Source of the DNA: Candidatus Dojkabacteria bacterium
GTDB lineage: Bacteria > Patescibacteriota > Dojkabacteria > B142 > OLB20
Direction of reading: 5' to 3'
Length of the DNA stretch: 64,000 bases
Assembly: GCA_030583785.1 (NCBI GenBank)
Contig: CP129475.1
Location: 95,559-159,558, forward strand
Shown piece after piece: positions 10,476 through 19,587 of this stretch. The first letter of the stretch is position 1. Each line of letters starts with the position of its first letter. A model generated the notes under the pieces. The model ran no database searches. It saw only the letters and a list, made by a program, of their open reading frames with translations, and was not told the DNA's origin. Position numbers and translations under genes: made by a program.

Positions 10476-11114
10476 ATGAGTAAAAAAGTAGTTTTACTAG
10501 TAGTTGGTCTGTTACTCTTTTGTTGTCTTGTAAGTTGCTGTTTGATCTTCTCCTTACCGCTTCTATCTCCAGATCTTGCCAAACAGCTCAACATTGAAAC
10601 AACATTCGATTCAAATTTTGATCTAAGCGAATTCGGACTGGGTACAAACACGAACACAAACACAACCACTCCGAGTAATGAGGAGCAAAAGTTCACTCAT
10701 GCAACCTTGGGTTTTTCGATTATTGTTCCAAAAACATGGCAATTTGAAGAAGATTCAACTTCAGCTGTATTTTATTCGCCAGAAGAAGATGCGTTCATTA
10801 CTTTTGAGGCCTTCAGCGATGGTGAAACAACAGGCAGGGTTGATGTTAACCAAACATTCTGCGATGAATTTGGCGAGGGCTTTAGATCGGGTCTTCCAGC
10901 TGAAACAGAAGGAATTGGCTACTTTGATTTTAAATCCTTCAATCTAAACGGTAATGCAGGATGCAGAGCAGAGGGCGAAATCTTCGGACAAAGTCAGAAG
11001 TATTATGTATTCTACAATAACTCTAATTCAAAATATTACTCAATCTTTTACACGATTAGTTCGGAAGCTGATAAAGCAGCTGTATCAAAATATATGGATA
11101 CCTTGTCATTCTAG
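10476..11114 (+). CDS. secreted hypothetical protein (paralog family with GFSIIVPKTW domain)
   Basis: Signal/TM N-terminus, TNTNTNTTTP low-complexity linker, then LGFSIIVPKTWQFEE domain similar to 5601-6380 and 6388-7101. Confidence 0.55.
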   Translation: MSKKVVLLVVGLLLFCCLVSCCLIFSLPLLSPDLAKQLNIETTFDSNFDLSEFGLGTNTNTNTTTPSNEEQKFTHATLGFSIIVPKTWQFEEDSTSAVFYSPEEDAFITFEAFSDGETTGRVDVNQTFCDEFGEGFRSGLPAETEGIGYFDFKSFNLNGNAGCRAEGEIFGQSQKYYVFYNNSNSKYYSIFYTISSEADKAAVSKYMDTLSF

Positions 11115-11134
11115 TTATCAGGGTTAGTACTTTT

Positions 11135-11170
11135 GAAGCCCCGCCTTGAAAAGGCGGGGCTTCTTGTTAC
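11135..11170. terminator. hairpin between convergent genes (likely bidirectional terminator)
   Basis: GAAGCCCCGCC-ttgaaaa-GGCGGGGCTTC is a perfect 11-bp stem, followed by a T-rich tract on the plus strand. It lies between the 10476-11114 (+) ORF and mnmA (-). Confidence 0.6.
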
Positions 11171-12240
11171 TTTATTATGCCGCTTCCGAGACAGGTTTGT
11201 TGATCATAAAAGACAATGCTTTGACCTGATGCAATGCCTCTTTGAGGAGAATCGAAACGAAAATGCTCGTTATTTATAAATGTTCCCGATGCTGCCTTTT
11301 GTCTGTATCTAATAACAGCTTGAATATGACTTTCGGGTGTTATTGTCTCAGAGATATAATTTATATTTTCGAAATACACATCCTTGGCAAACAAAGCTGG
11401 ATGATCTTTACCCATAGCCACTAGAAGTTCGTTGTTTGGCACATCTTTATAAGCTACAAAGTAGGGTACTTTTGCTCCACCAATTTTTAAGCCCTCTCTT
11501 TGCCCGATAGTATAAAAGAACACCCCATCGTGCTCTCCGAGTATCTTTCCCGTATCAAAATCTTTTATCACGCCTTTTTGTTGTTTAATTTCTTTCCTAA
11601 GGAACTCTTTTACATTGATTTCACCAATAAAGCAGATTCCTTGGCTATCTGGTTTATTGGCAACGAGCAATTTATTATCATTGGCAATTTGTCGGATTTC
11701 TGGCTTAGTATATGATCCTATAGGAAAAAGGCTCTTAGATAACTGTTCTTGGGTAAGCTGGCATAGAAAGTAGCTTTGGTCTTTATTTTCGTCTACCCCT
11801 TTTTGAAGTTGATATAGGTTTTCCTGTTTTGTTACTCTCGCATAGTGTCCAGTTGCAATAAGATCTGCTCCCATGCTTATTGCTTTATCCAGAAATAATG
11901 AGAACTTGATCTCTTTATTACAGACAATATCCGGATTTGGAGTTCTTCCGGCTCTAATCTCGCTAAAGAAGTAATTTACAACCTTATCACGATATTCTTT
12001 TTCGAAATTAAAGGACATGAAAGGAATATCTAGTTGCCCACAAACTGCCTCAACATCTTTCTGATCTGTCTCCCAAGGGCAATCTGCCTGAAGACCATAG
12101 TCATCACCTGACCAGTTCTTCATAAATACCCCAGTAATGTTAAACCCTTGTTGTTTAAGGAGCAGTGCGGCAACAGAACTGTCGACACCACCGGACATGG
12201 CTACGAAAACTTTTGTTTTACTGTTATCTTGATTTTGCAT
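11167..12240 (-). CDS. mnmA: tRNA-specific 2-thiouridylase MnmA
   Basis: PP-loop VFVAMSGGVDSSVAA. The conserved MnmA core and the C-terminal cysteine (CFIGE) region are present. Confidence 0.9.
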   Translation of the reverse strand: MQNQDNSKTKVFVAMSGGVDSSVAALLLKQQGFNITGVFMKNWSGDDYGLQADCPWETDQKDVEAVCGQLDIPFMSFNFEKEYRDKVVNYFFSEIRAGRTPNPDIVCNKEIKFSLFLDKAISMGADLIATGHYARVTKQENLYQLQKGVDENKDQSYFLCQLTQEQLSKSLFPIGSYTKPEIRQIANDNKLLVANKPDSQGICFIGEINVKEFLRKEIKQQKGVIKDFDTGKILGEHDGVFFYTIGQREGLKIGGAKVPYFVAYKDVPNNELLVAMGKDHPALFAKDVYFENINYISETITPESHIQAVIRYRQKAASGTFINNEHFRFDSPQRGIASGQSIVFYDQQTCLGSGIIK

Positions 12241-12260
12241 TAGGCAATTATATCATGCCT

Positions 12261-13343
12261 TTAGAAGAGTCTAGTGTCGGGATAATGATCTGCCCATGTG
12301 TACCAGAAAGATGTAAATATTTGCACATCTGCGGTTGGTTCTGAATCAACTACTAGTGAGTAATAGCCCTCTTCTGCCTTAATGGTAAACAATTTCCCTC
12401 CGATTTTAATTGTTCTATTGCCGTCTTGTTCGATTATTGATGCAGGAACAGCATAGGCATTACCCGACACAATAAACCCGATAACAATATCTTTGTTGTT
12501 TATATCTTTTCTGCTATTGCCGACTGGACCGATGATGTCTGGAGCCTGGGCAAAGCCTTCGTAACGATCTCTTGAGTAGATGGCACTTCTACCGGTATCA
12601 AAAGAGATAAATTCTGCATCAGGAAAGATTGTTTTCGCTGCCGAATAGGTTCCCTGCCAATAATTTACTGATTTCAGTTCTGCTCCGGTTAGCTTTCCTA
12701 CCATGGCTTTACCGCTAAACACCGACCAGAGAGAATCTGTTTTGTTGTCAAAAATAAGATCTGTGTTTTTATATAACAGTCCGCTACCAGCAAAGTCGAG
12801 TATTTCGTTTTTATAGACCCTCTCAAAAACATGAAACGATTGAGAGAAACCACTAAAAATGACTGCAATCGGAGTCCCTTGCAGAGTGTCGTTGATAACT
12901 ACATGTCTATTTAGAATTCTTTGTGGATATATTCTAACCTTGTCATTAATTTTAACCGCTATAACTTCGTCTTTATCTGTCATGCAAAGATCTGCATCTG
13001 AGAAACTCATGTATTTTGTATCGATAACGGGTTGTATTTCATTAAGAAACCCTGGTTGTTGATATGTTTCATTCTCAATATCAATTCTGCTTATTTCGAA
13101 TAATGTATTTAGGTCCGTTTTATCGATTGGGCGAACTTGTTCTTTGTTTGTTAGGGTGCAATTGAAAGAGGATTGTTCTGCGAGTATTGATTCTTGCGGA
13201 CTTGTTGGCCTACCGCCCGCAGCTTGCAAAAGGATTGCTCCCATAGTAAACAGAGCAAGCAAAGTCCAGGCTCTGTTTGTTATCCCTAAAGCGCGCATTA
13301 TTCTACTTTGTTTCTTTTCTTTCAAGGCGTTATTATCTAACAT
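12261..13343 (-). CDS. secreted hypothetical protein
   Basis: 360 aa. N-terminal signal-like hydrophobic segment. I recognise no catalytic motifs. Confidence 0.5.
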   Translation of the reverse strand: MLDNNALKEKKQSRIMRALGITNRAWTLLALFTMGAILLQAAGGRPTSPQESILAEQSSFNCTLTNKEQVRPIDKTDLNTLFEISRIDIENETYQQPGFLNEIQPVIDTKYMSFSDADLCMTDKDEVIAVKINDKVRIYPQRILNRHVVINDTLQGTPIAVIFSGFSQSFHVFERVYKNEILDFAGSGLLYKNTDLIFDNKTDSLWSVFSGKAMVGKLTGAELKSVNYWQGTYSAAKTIFPDAEFISFDTGRSAIYSRDRYEGFAQAPDIIGPVGNSRKDINNKDIVIGFIVSGNAYAVPASIIEQDGNRTIKIGGKLFTIKAEEGYYSLVVDSEPTADVQIFTSFWYTWADHYPDTRLF

Positions 13344-13376
13344 AAATATAATATCACTTGGCTTTGTAACACTACA

Positions 13377-13805
13377 ATGAAAAGAATTAACCTGCTTTTG
13401 TTTGGGAAAATAAAATCTTCAGAATATATTAACCTGTTTAACTACTATTTAAAGCTATCGTCAAAATATTATTCTGTTAGCACAATTACAAAAAAAGATC
13501 CGAACAGGCCAATTCAACTGCAAGATATTCCGACTTATTCAAGCAGCGTTTACCTATTGACCGAGCAAGGTAAGCTCTATGACACCTTTCAATTTTCAAA
13601 TTTAGTCAACAATCAAGATTCAGGTAATGAATTGACCTTTATTATTGCATCGGCTTTTGGTTTTGATAGATTAGTTCTGGAGAGTAGATATCAATTACTA
13701 TCATTGTCGCCAATGACTTTTAACCACGAAATGGCGGCGGTGGTTCTAGTCGAGCAACTGTTTCGTGTCGGGAATTATGCAAACGGAGGTAGCTATCATA
13801 AGTAG
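13377..13805 (+). CDS. rlmH: 23S rRNA (pseudouridine1915-N3)-methyltransferase RlmH
   Basis: 142-aa SPOUT-fold protein. The C-terminal FGFDRLV...LSLSPMTFNHEMAAVVLVEQLFR matches the RlmH knot region. Confidence 0.8.
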   Translation: MKRINLLLFGKIKSSEYINLFNYYLKLSSKYYSVSTITKKDPNRPIQLQDIPTYSSSVYLLTEQGKLYDTFQFSNLVNNQDSGNELTFIIASAFGFDRLVLESRYQLLSLSPMTFNHEMAAVVLVEQLFRVGNYANGGSYHK

Positions 13806-14011
13806 GGCTTGCAAGATTCTTTGGCTTGAGTTAATATTCTCATAAGAGAGTAGCTCTATCGGTGCAAGGCTACAAAAAGAATAGGTGACATAATTAAATA
13901 TCTTATCCGAGTGTCTGTTGGCAAAGCTAACAGGAACAAAGGTGGTACCGCGCTTTTAGCGTCCTTCATATTATATGAATGGCGCTTTTTTTATTTTTTA
14001 GAAGTATCGTT
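13806..14011 (+). promoter_or_regulatory. T-box-like riboswitch leader upstream of aspS
   Basis: The leader contains AGAGAG (13844-13849, Stem I GA motif) and the T-box core AGGTGGTACCGCG (13939-13952). A terminator hairpin GCGTCCTTCATAT/ATATGAATGGCGC with a T7 run follows just before the ATG at 14012. Confidence 0.6.
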
Positions 14012-15799
14012 ATGGAAAGAATCCTTGCTAGTAATCTAAAGGAGAGAATTGGTGAAAAAATAAGTGTCAGAGGATGGCTGCAAAATTCGCGAATAATGGG
14101 TAAGCTTGCCTTTCTGGTTATCAGAGACAGAACTGGCCTTGCTCAGATCGTAATTGAGAATCAAGATACAATTAAAATGATCAGTCCGCTGCAACCTGGC
14201 TCTGTAATATATGTGTCTGGGGTTGTCAGCGAGAACGAAAAGTCTGGATTAGGAGTAGAGATTATTAATCCAGAGATTTCTATTGTCTCAAAAGTTACAG
14301 AATCCATGCCGTTAGAAGTGAATAAGGAGGATTTAAACGCACATATTGATACGATTCTTGACTATCGACCTCTTAGTCTCAGAAACCTAAAAATACAAGC
14401 TGTGTTCAAAATACAGGCAACTCTGGTGAGGGCGTATAGAGAGTATTTAACAAATCTTGGATTTACAGAATTCTTTGGTCCAAATATTATCGGAGCATCT
14501 TCCGAGGGTGGAGCAGAGTTATTTAAGGTTGACTATTTTGGATCAGATGCCATGCTTTCGCAGAGTGCTCAGCTATATAAACAGATAGCCGTAGGCGCTT
14601 ATGAGAGAGTTTTTGCGCTTATGAAATGTTATAGAGCAGAGAAGTCAAACACCAGAAGACACTTAACAGAAGCAACACAATTTGAATTTGAAATGGGTTT
14701 TATTGATGACTTCTCGGAGGTAATGGATATGCTTGAAGGAGTTGTTAAGTCTATGATCAGTGAAATTGCGACCAATAACGATCAAGAGTTAAAGTTGCTT
14801 GGCGTTAGCCTTGCCCTTGCTCCACAAGATATCGCATTCCCAAGGGTAACTTTTAAAGATGCTTTACAGATATTCTTTGAAAGAACGGGAATAGACGAGA
14901 GAGGCGAGATAGATCTTTCACCACAGGCAGAAAAGGAGTTGTGTGCATATGCCCGTGAGCAGTTCGGAACGGATTTTATCTTTGTAACTCATTTTCTCAG
15001 AAAGAAAACGGCCTTCTATGCTAAACCGAATGAAGATAATCCAGAAGTGACAAATTATTTCGATCTGCTCTGCAGGGAAATCGAGATTGTAAGCGGTGGT
15101 CAAAGAATTAACGATCATGATGAACTTGTTGAGTCATTAAAGCTAAAAGGTCTTAACCCAGACAGTTTCCAAGATTACTTGTCCATATTTAAATTCGGTA
15201 TGCCTCCACATGGAGGTTTTGGTATGGGTATGGAAAGATTCACAATGATGGCTCTAGGTCTAGATAATATCCGAATGGCGACTCTGTTCCCTTCAGACAC
15301 AAGAAGAATTGCTAGCGTTAAGAGGCAAGAAAAAATTTATATAGGTGCAGAACTGGGAAGGAATATATTAAAAAGGCTTGATGCCTACAATACTACTTAT
15401 CGTGTGGTTGAACATGAGCCTGTTACTACTTCTGAAGAGGCGGCAAAGGTTAGAGGAACAAGTATTGAAGATGGTATTAAGGCCCTAATATTAAGGAATA
15501 AGAAAAGTGGTGAAAATATAATGGTTTGTATCCCCGCCAACGATAAGGTCGATTTTAATCAATTAGCAGTATTTACCGGTGCTAAATTCGAATTTGAAAG
15601 CAAAGAGGTTATTGCAAGTAAATACGCACTTGAAGCAGGCGGTATCCCACCATTTGGTAATCTGATGGGTTTAAGGGTCATTTTCTCAGATAAGATTAAG
15701 CAACTCGAAACGATTGCTTTTAATAACGGATCGTTGAGCTCTTCGGTCATTATGTCAGCAAAGGATCTGATAGATACGGTAGATCCTGAATTCTTCTAA
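14012..15799 (+). CDS. aspS: aspartyl-tRNA synthetase (archaeal/eukaryotic class IIb type) fused to a C-terminal YbaK/ProX-like aminoacyl-tRNA deacylase domain
   Basis: The synthetase part carries the N-terminal OB anticodon-binding domain, QSAQLYKQ, motif 2 YRAEKSNTRRHLTEATQFEFEM and motif 3 GGFGMGMERF. The C-terminal 150 aa (YRVVEHEPVTTSEEAAK...GGIPPFG...) align to YbaK-type deacylases. I moved the start to the ATG at 14012 because the upstream ATG lies inside the terminator hairpin. Confidence 0.8.
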   Translation: MERILASNLKERIGEKISVRGWLQNSRIMGKLAFLVIRDRTGLAQIVIENQDTIKMISPLQPGSVIYVSGVVSENEKSGLGVEIINPEISIVSKVTESMPLEVNKEDLNAHIDTILDYRPLSLRNLKIQAVFKIQATLVRAYREYLTNLGFTEFFGPNIIGASSEGGAELFKVDYFGSDAMLSQSAQLYKQIAVGAYERVFALMKCYRAEKSNTRRHLTEATQFEFEMGFIDDFSEVMDMLEGVVKSMISEIATNNDQELKLLGVSLALAPQDIAFPRVTFKDALQIFFERTGIDERGEIDLSPQAEKELCAYAREQFGTDFIFVTHFLRKKTAFYAKPNEDNPEVTNYFDLLCREIEIVSGGQRINDHDELVESLKLKGLNPDSFQDYLSIFKFGMPPHGGFGMGMERFTMMALGLDNIRMATLFPSDTRRIASVKRQEKIYIGAELGRNILKRLDAYNTTYRVVEHEPVTTSEEAAKVRGTSIEDGIKALILRNKKSGENIMVCIPANDKVDFNQLAVFTGAKFEFESKEVIASKYALEAGGIPPFGNLMGLRVIFSDKIKQLETIAFNNGSLSSSVIMSAKDLIDTVDPEFF

Positions 15800-15820
15800 T
15801 TCGAACTTCTGGTTAGTTTA

Positions 15821-15848
15821 AGGAGAGCGTAGGCTCTCCTTTTTTTTG
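15821..15848 (+). terminator. rho-independent terminator after aspS
   Basis: AGGAGAGC-gta-GGCTCTCCT hairpin followed by TTTTTTTT. Confidence 0.7.
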
Positions 15849-15896
15849 CATATTTTTGTTGGTTTTTTTTCCTATATACTTGCAGTCGTATCGTAT

Positions 15897-15942
15897 GTGG
15901 GGTATAGTGGTTATAGGTGGTGAGCATAGGTGAAACTTGACA
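15897..15942 (+). promoter_or_regulatory. putative MraZ operator (phased GTGG direct repeats) plus -35 element of the dcw promoter
   Basis: GTGG occurs at 15897, 15907 and 15917, exactly 10 bp apart, with a related GGTG at 15928. Immediately downstream are TTGACA (15937-15942), a 17-nt spacer and TATTTT. The mraZ start is at 16053. Confidence 0.55.
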
Positions 15943-16052
15943 ATTAATGCACTATTAAGTATTTTAACCCTAATGCTCCATCCGAAAGTTTCGGATAATG
16001 CCCCAAAAACTACGAGTAAAACTCAACAATTTTACCTAGTTCACCACCAAAA

Positions 16053-16493
16053 ATGATAATAGGAGAATATGAAGGCAAGTTGACAGATAAAAATCGACTT
16101 GCTGTACCGGCAAAAATCAGATCAGAATTCAAATCCGAGCTGATTGTTTGCAGAGGGTACGAAGGTTGTTTACTGCTCTTTGACGGTAAAAGATGGAAAG
16201 ATTTAATCAAAGTATTAAGTCAAAAACCACTTTTACAAATGAATATTAGAGATACAAAAAGATTCTTAGTTGGAGGAGCTCATGAACTAGATCTAGATCA
16301 ACAAGGTAGATTTGTTGTTCCTCAACAGCTTAAGTCTTATGCATCATTGAATAACGAAGTTGTCTTTGTAGCAATTCTAGATTGGGTTGAAATTTGGGAC
16401 AAAAACAACTGGGATCGAAAGTTAGCTGAGCTTACCGAATCAGCAGGAGATATTGCCGATAGATTAGTACAAGAATATGAAAACAAAACATAA
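16053..16493 (+). CDS. mraZ: transcriptional regulator MraZ
   Basis: MIIGEYEGKLTDKNRLAVPAKIRSEF is the canonical MraZ N-terminus. Two DXXXR-containing repeats are present. 146 aa. Confidence 0.9.
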   Translation: MIIGEYEGKLTDKNRLAVPAKIRSEFKSELIVCRGYEGCLLLFDGKRWKDLIKVLSQKPLLQMNIRDTKRFLVGGAHELDLDQQGRFVVPQQLKSYASLNNEVVFVAILDWVEIWDKNNWDRKLAELTESAGDIADRLVQEYENKT

Positions 16494-17433
16494 ACCGGTT
16501 CTACTAAAAGAATTGATAGACAGTCTTAATGTGAAGCCTCAGGGCTTCTATCTTGACGCCACTCTTGGTGGAGGAGGACATTCGATGGCAATAATTTACA
16601 GATTGGAAGAGAACGGATTGCTTGTATGTATTGACCAAGACGAAAACGCTATTCGCGAGTTTGCAAAAGTATTAATTAGCAAGGGCTTTACTGAAGAAGA
16701 AAACACATTCACGAAAAGCGATTTGAAGGTTGTTTTGCATAGATCCAATTTTGCAAATCTTAAACAAGTCTTAGCTAGCAAAGGATCTGTTGAATTCGAT
16801 GGAATTATTGCAGACCTTGGGATGTCAACTGATCAACTTCATTCTGGAAAGGGATTTAGTTTTCGCAATAACGAAAAACTAGACATGCGAATGTCTACTG
16901 AAAACCAAGTAACTGCTGCAAATCTTCTAAATGTACTTTACAAGAAGGAGCTTCAAGAATTATTTGAAAAGTACGGAGATCTTAGTTATGCAAACAGGTT
17001 AGCTAACGAAATTATCAATTATAGAAGATCAAAACCTTTCGAAACAGTTGATGATTTGCGCTTTGTAATTAATAAAGTCGTTCCAATGCATACCAGAACA
17101 TCTAACTTTCGATTGCCTGAAGCTAGAGTGTTTCAATCTTTAAGAATTGCAGTTAATTCAGAGATGCAAGTATTAGAATCGTTCTTACCAGATGCCTTTG
17201 GTCTACTTAAGAATGAAGGGGTAATGGGGATCATTACATTTCATTCCGGAGAAGATCGAATAGTAAAAAACTTTATCAAAGATCTGAGGTCAAGAAATTT
17301 AACAAATATTGAAAAAATTATTAAACCAACTATTAAAGAAGTCGAGGCTAATCCTCAAAGTCGAAGTGCCAAACTTCGAATTATTAAAAAATTAATTACT
17401 GCCCAAAATGAAAGAAAAAATACAAAACCTTAG
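16477..17433 (+). CDS. rsmH: 16S rRNA (cytosine1402-N4)-methyltransferase RsmH
   Basis: HKPVLLKE...YLDATLGGGGHS SAM-binding N-terminus, and position directly after mraZ. Confidence 0.9.
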   Translation: MKTKHKPVLLKELIDSLNVKPQGFYLDATLGGGGHSMAIIYRLEENGLLVCIDQDENAIREFAKVLISKGFTEEENTFTKSDLKVVLHRSNFANLKQVLASKGSVEFDGIIADLGMSTDQLHSGKGFSFRNNEKLDMRMSTENQVTAANLLNVLYKKELQELFEKYGDLSYANRLANEIINYRRSKPFETVDDLRFVINKVVPMHTRTSNFRLPEARVFQSLRIAVNSEMQVLESFLPDAFGLLKNEGVMGIITFHSGEDRIVKNFIKDLRSRNLTNIEKIIKPTIKEVEANPQSRSAKLRIIKKLITAQNERKNTKP

Positions 17434-17719
17434 TAAATCTGGAAGCTTAGCTACCAGATTAATATTCACACTCGTAGCCCTGTTTATAATTATTCAGCTC
17501 TATGTTCTATCTTCTGTGGGAACACAGGGAGAAAAAGTGAAGTACCTTAGAGATATGCAAGCTCAAGTAAAAATCGAAAACGAGATACTTAGAGCCAGTA
17601 TTGCTAACCTACAATCATCACAAGAAATAAGCAAAACTGCCAGCGAGCATTTGCGCATGCAACCTGCACAAGTAGTGTATATTGATTTAGGTCAATATAA
17701 TATTTCTGCTCAGAGGTAA
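17408..17719 (+). CDS. ftsL: FtsL-like cell division protein
   Basis: 103-aa single-TM protein sitting between rsmH and ftsI, as in dcw clusters. The call rests on position and topology only. Confidence 0.5.
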   Translation: MKEKIQNLSKSGSLATRLIFTLVALFIIIQLYVLSSVGTQGEKVKYLRDMQAQVKIENEILRASIANLQSSQEISKTASEHLRMQPAQVVYIDLGQYNISAQR

Positions 17720-19527
17720 TGAATTTCGGAAAAGTTCATAATACAAAGCTAAAACTAATAAGTTTGGTATTTTTTCTTACGGCTATTGGAGTAGTTATAC
17801 TCGGTGTTAAATGGCAATTCCTAGATAATGATCAATTTGTCGCTATTGCTAACGAACGCTTCAAAGATATAAGAATTCCAGCTCTTCGAGGAAACATTTT
17901 AGCTTCTGATGGTACAACTCTTGCCTTCAGCGAGCCACGCTTTGATGTTTATGTTTGGTTACCAGAGCTGACTCGTGCAGAACAAAGAGGATATCAAACT
18001 CATGAGGAGTTCTTATCTATTCTTGCAGAGGCCTTAAAAGCTGATCCCGAAGAAATTGATAAAAATCTTAAAAGTGGTCCCTGGTGGATCAAAATTGCTT
18101 CTCAAATTGATGTTGAAACAAAAAATTACCTAGAGTATGTCAAGGTAACAAGTAGTAATAGACCTTTACAAGGTCTTCAGTTTGAATATGTTAATAAAAG
18201 AGTATATCCGGAAGGTCGACTAGCTAGCCAGATTATCGGTTTCATGGGTTCAAATGCTTTAGGCGATTTTGTCGGAACTGGAGGACTTGAACAATTCTGG
18301 GAAGGGAGTCTTAAGCCACAAGAAGGATTTGATTCAGGCGAATTCGATAGCTTTGGAAATCCAATAACGATTGGAAGAAATTCACCGCTAGAACCAAAAC
18401 CAGGAATGACCATACAGACAACCATTAATAAAAATTTACAATCGATACTTGAGAAGAATCTTAAAATTGGCCTGAATGAATACCAGGCCGAATCTGCAAC
18501 CGGTATTATCCTAGATCCAAAGACAGGTGCCATCTTAGCAATGGCAAATATGCCTGACTATAATCCAAATGAATACTTTCTAGAGACCAACGCTTCGGTA
18601 TTTGGTAATTTAGCAATATCTGTACCTTACGAAATAGGCTCTGTTGGAAAAGTTTTAACAATTGCAGCCGCACTTGATTTGGAGACTCTAGAGCCTTACT
18701 CTAAATTGCTACCCGATGGACATCAGGGATGCGAGATTATCTCTCCAAGTCCACCAGCAGATGCGTCTTGCGATAAGATTACTGACAAATTCGATTGTAT
18801 TTGTACCTATAATAGGCAGCCAATTAACAGATTGATCACACCTGCATCTGCGTTGATTGATTCAGACAATATTGGATTTCGCCATATAGCTCTCACAATG
18901 AGTTACGATGAACTTAGAACTTATCTTTATAAATTCGGGATTGGTAGTTCAACAAAAGTAGAGCTGTCTGGAGAATCCACCGGTTTACTTAAAGAGTCAG
19001 AATACTGGAATTATGCTGATCAGGCAGTATATTCTTACGGACATGGATACCAAGCCACACCTCTACAAACGATCTCGGCAATTGCAACGGTTGCCAACGA
19101 AGGAATGAGAATGCAACCATATCTTGTGCAAAAGGTTACCGATTCTGAAGGAAGAACAACAAATTTTAATCCTCGTGTTGTCGATCAAGTGATTAAACCT
19201 GTCACAGCTCAAGCTGTCAGTGATATCATGCATCAGGTATACCTAGGCAATATTCCTGAAAGGCAATACAAAGATCTGGCTGATTATTACATTGGTTTAA
19301 AATCTGGAACAGCGCTTATCCCAAACAAAGATAGAGCTGGTTATTCAAGCAAAATTAACGCTACATATATCGGTTACGATGCATCACCTTCGCGAACCTT
19401 TGTACTGCTTATCAAGCTTGAAGATCCAAAAGTTGGAGACTTATCATTTTACAATGCTAGAATTGTTTGGCTAAACACATTTATGGATATTAAAGACTAT
19501 CTGGGTGTAAAAAAATACGCCAGATAG
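17719..19527 (+). CDS. ftsI: peptidoglycan D,D-transpeptidase (class B PBP, FtsI-like)
   Basis: N-terminal TM helix, PBP dimerisation region and transpeptidase motifs SVGK (SxxK), SDN and KSGT. Confidence 0.85.
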   Translation: MNFGKVHNTKLKLISLVFFLTAIGVVILGVKWQFLDNDQFVAIANERFKDIRIPALRGNILASDGTTLAFSEPRFDVYVWLPELTRAEQRGYQTHEEFLSILAEALKADPEEIDKNLKSGPWWIKIASQIDVETKNYLEYVKVTSSNRPLQGLQFEYVNKRVYPEGRLASQIIGFMGSNALGDFVGTGGLEQFWEGSLKPQEGFDSGEFDSFGNPITIGRNSPLEPKPGMTIQTTINKNLQSILEKNLKIGLNEYQAESATGIILDPKTGAILAMANMPDYNPNEYFLETNASVFGNLAISVPYEIGSVGKVLTIAAALDLETLEPYSKLLPDGHQGCEIISPSPPADASCDKITDKFDCICTYNRQPINRLITPASALIDSDNIGFRHIALTMSYDELRTYLYKFGIGSSTKVELSGESTGLLKESEYWNYADQAVYSYGHGYQATPLQTISAIATVANEGMRMQPYLVQKVTDSEGRTTNFNPRVVDQVIKPVTAQAVSDIMHQVYLGNIPERQYKDLADYYIGLKSGTALIPNKDRAGYSSKINATYIGYDASPSRTFVLLIKLEDPKVGDLSFYNARIVWLNTFMDIKDYLGVKKYAR

Positions 19528-19587
19528 TTGCAATATTCAGCTAGATATTGCGTTTGAAGATATGTTATCTACTTAATAATTCATCAT

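Noticed and set aside
13979-14011. ORF-track start of aspS at 13979.
   Set aside because: That ATG lies inside the leader terminator hairpin (gaATGgcgc). The downstream ATG at 14012 begins the conserved MERILASNL N-terminus.
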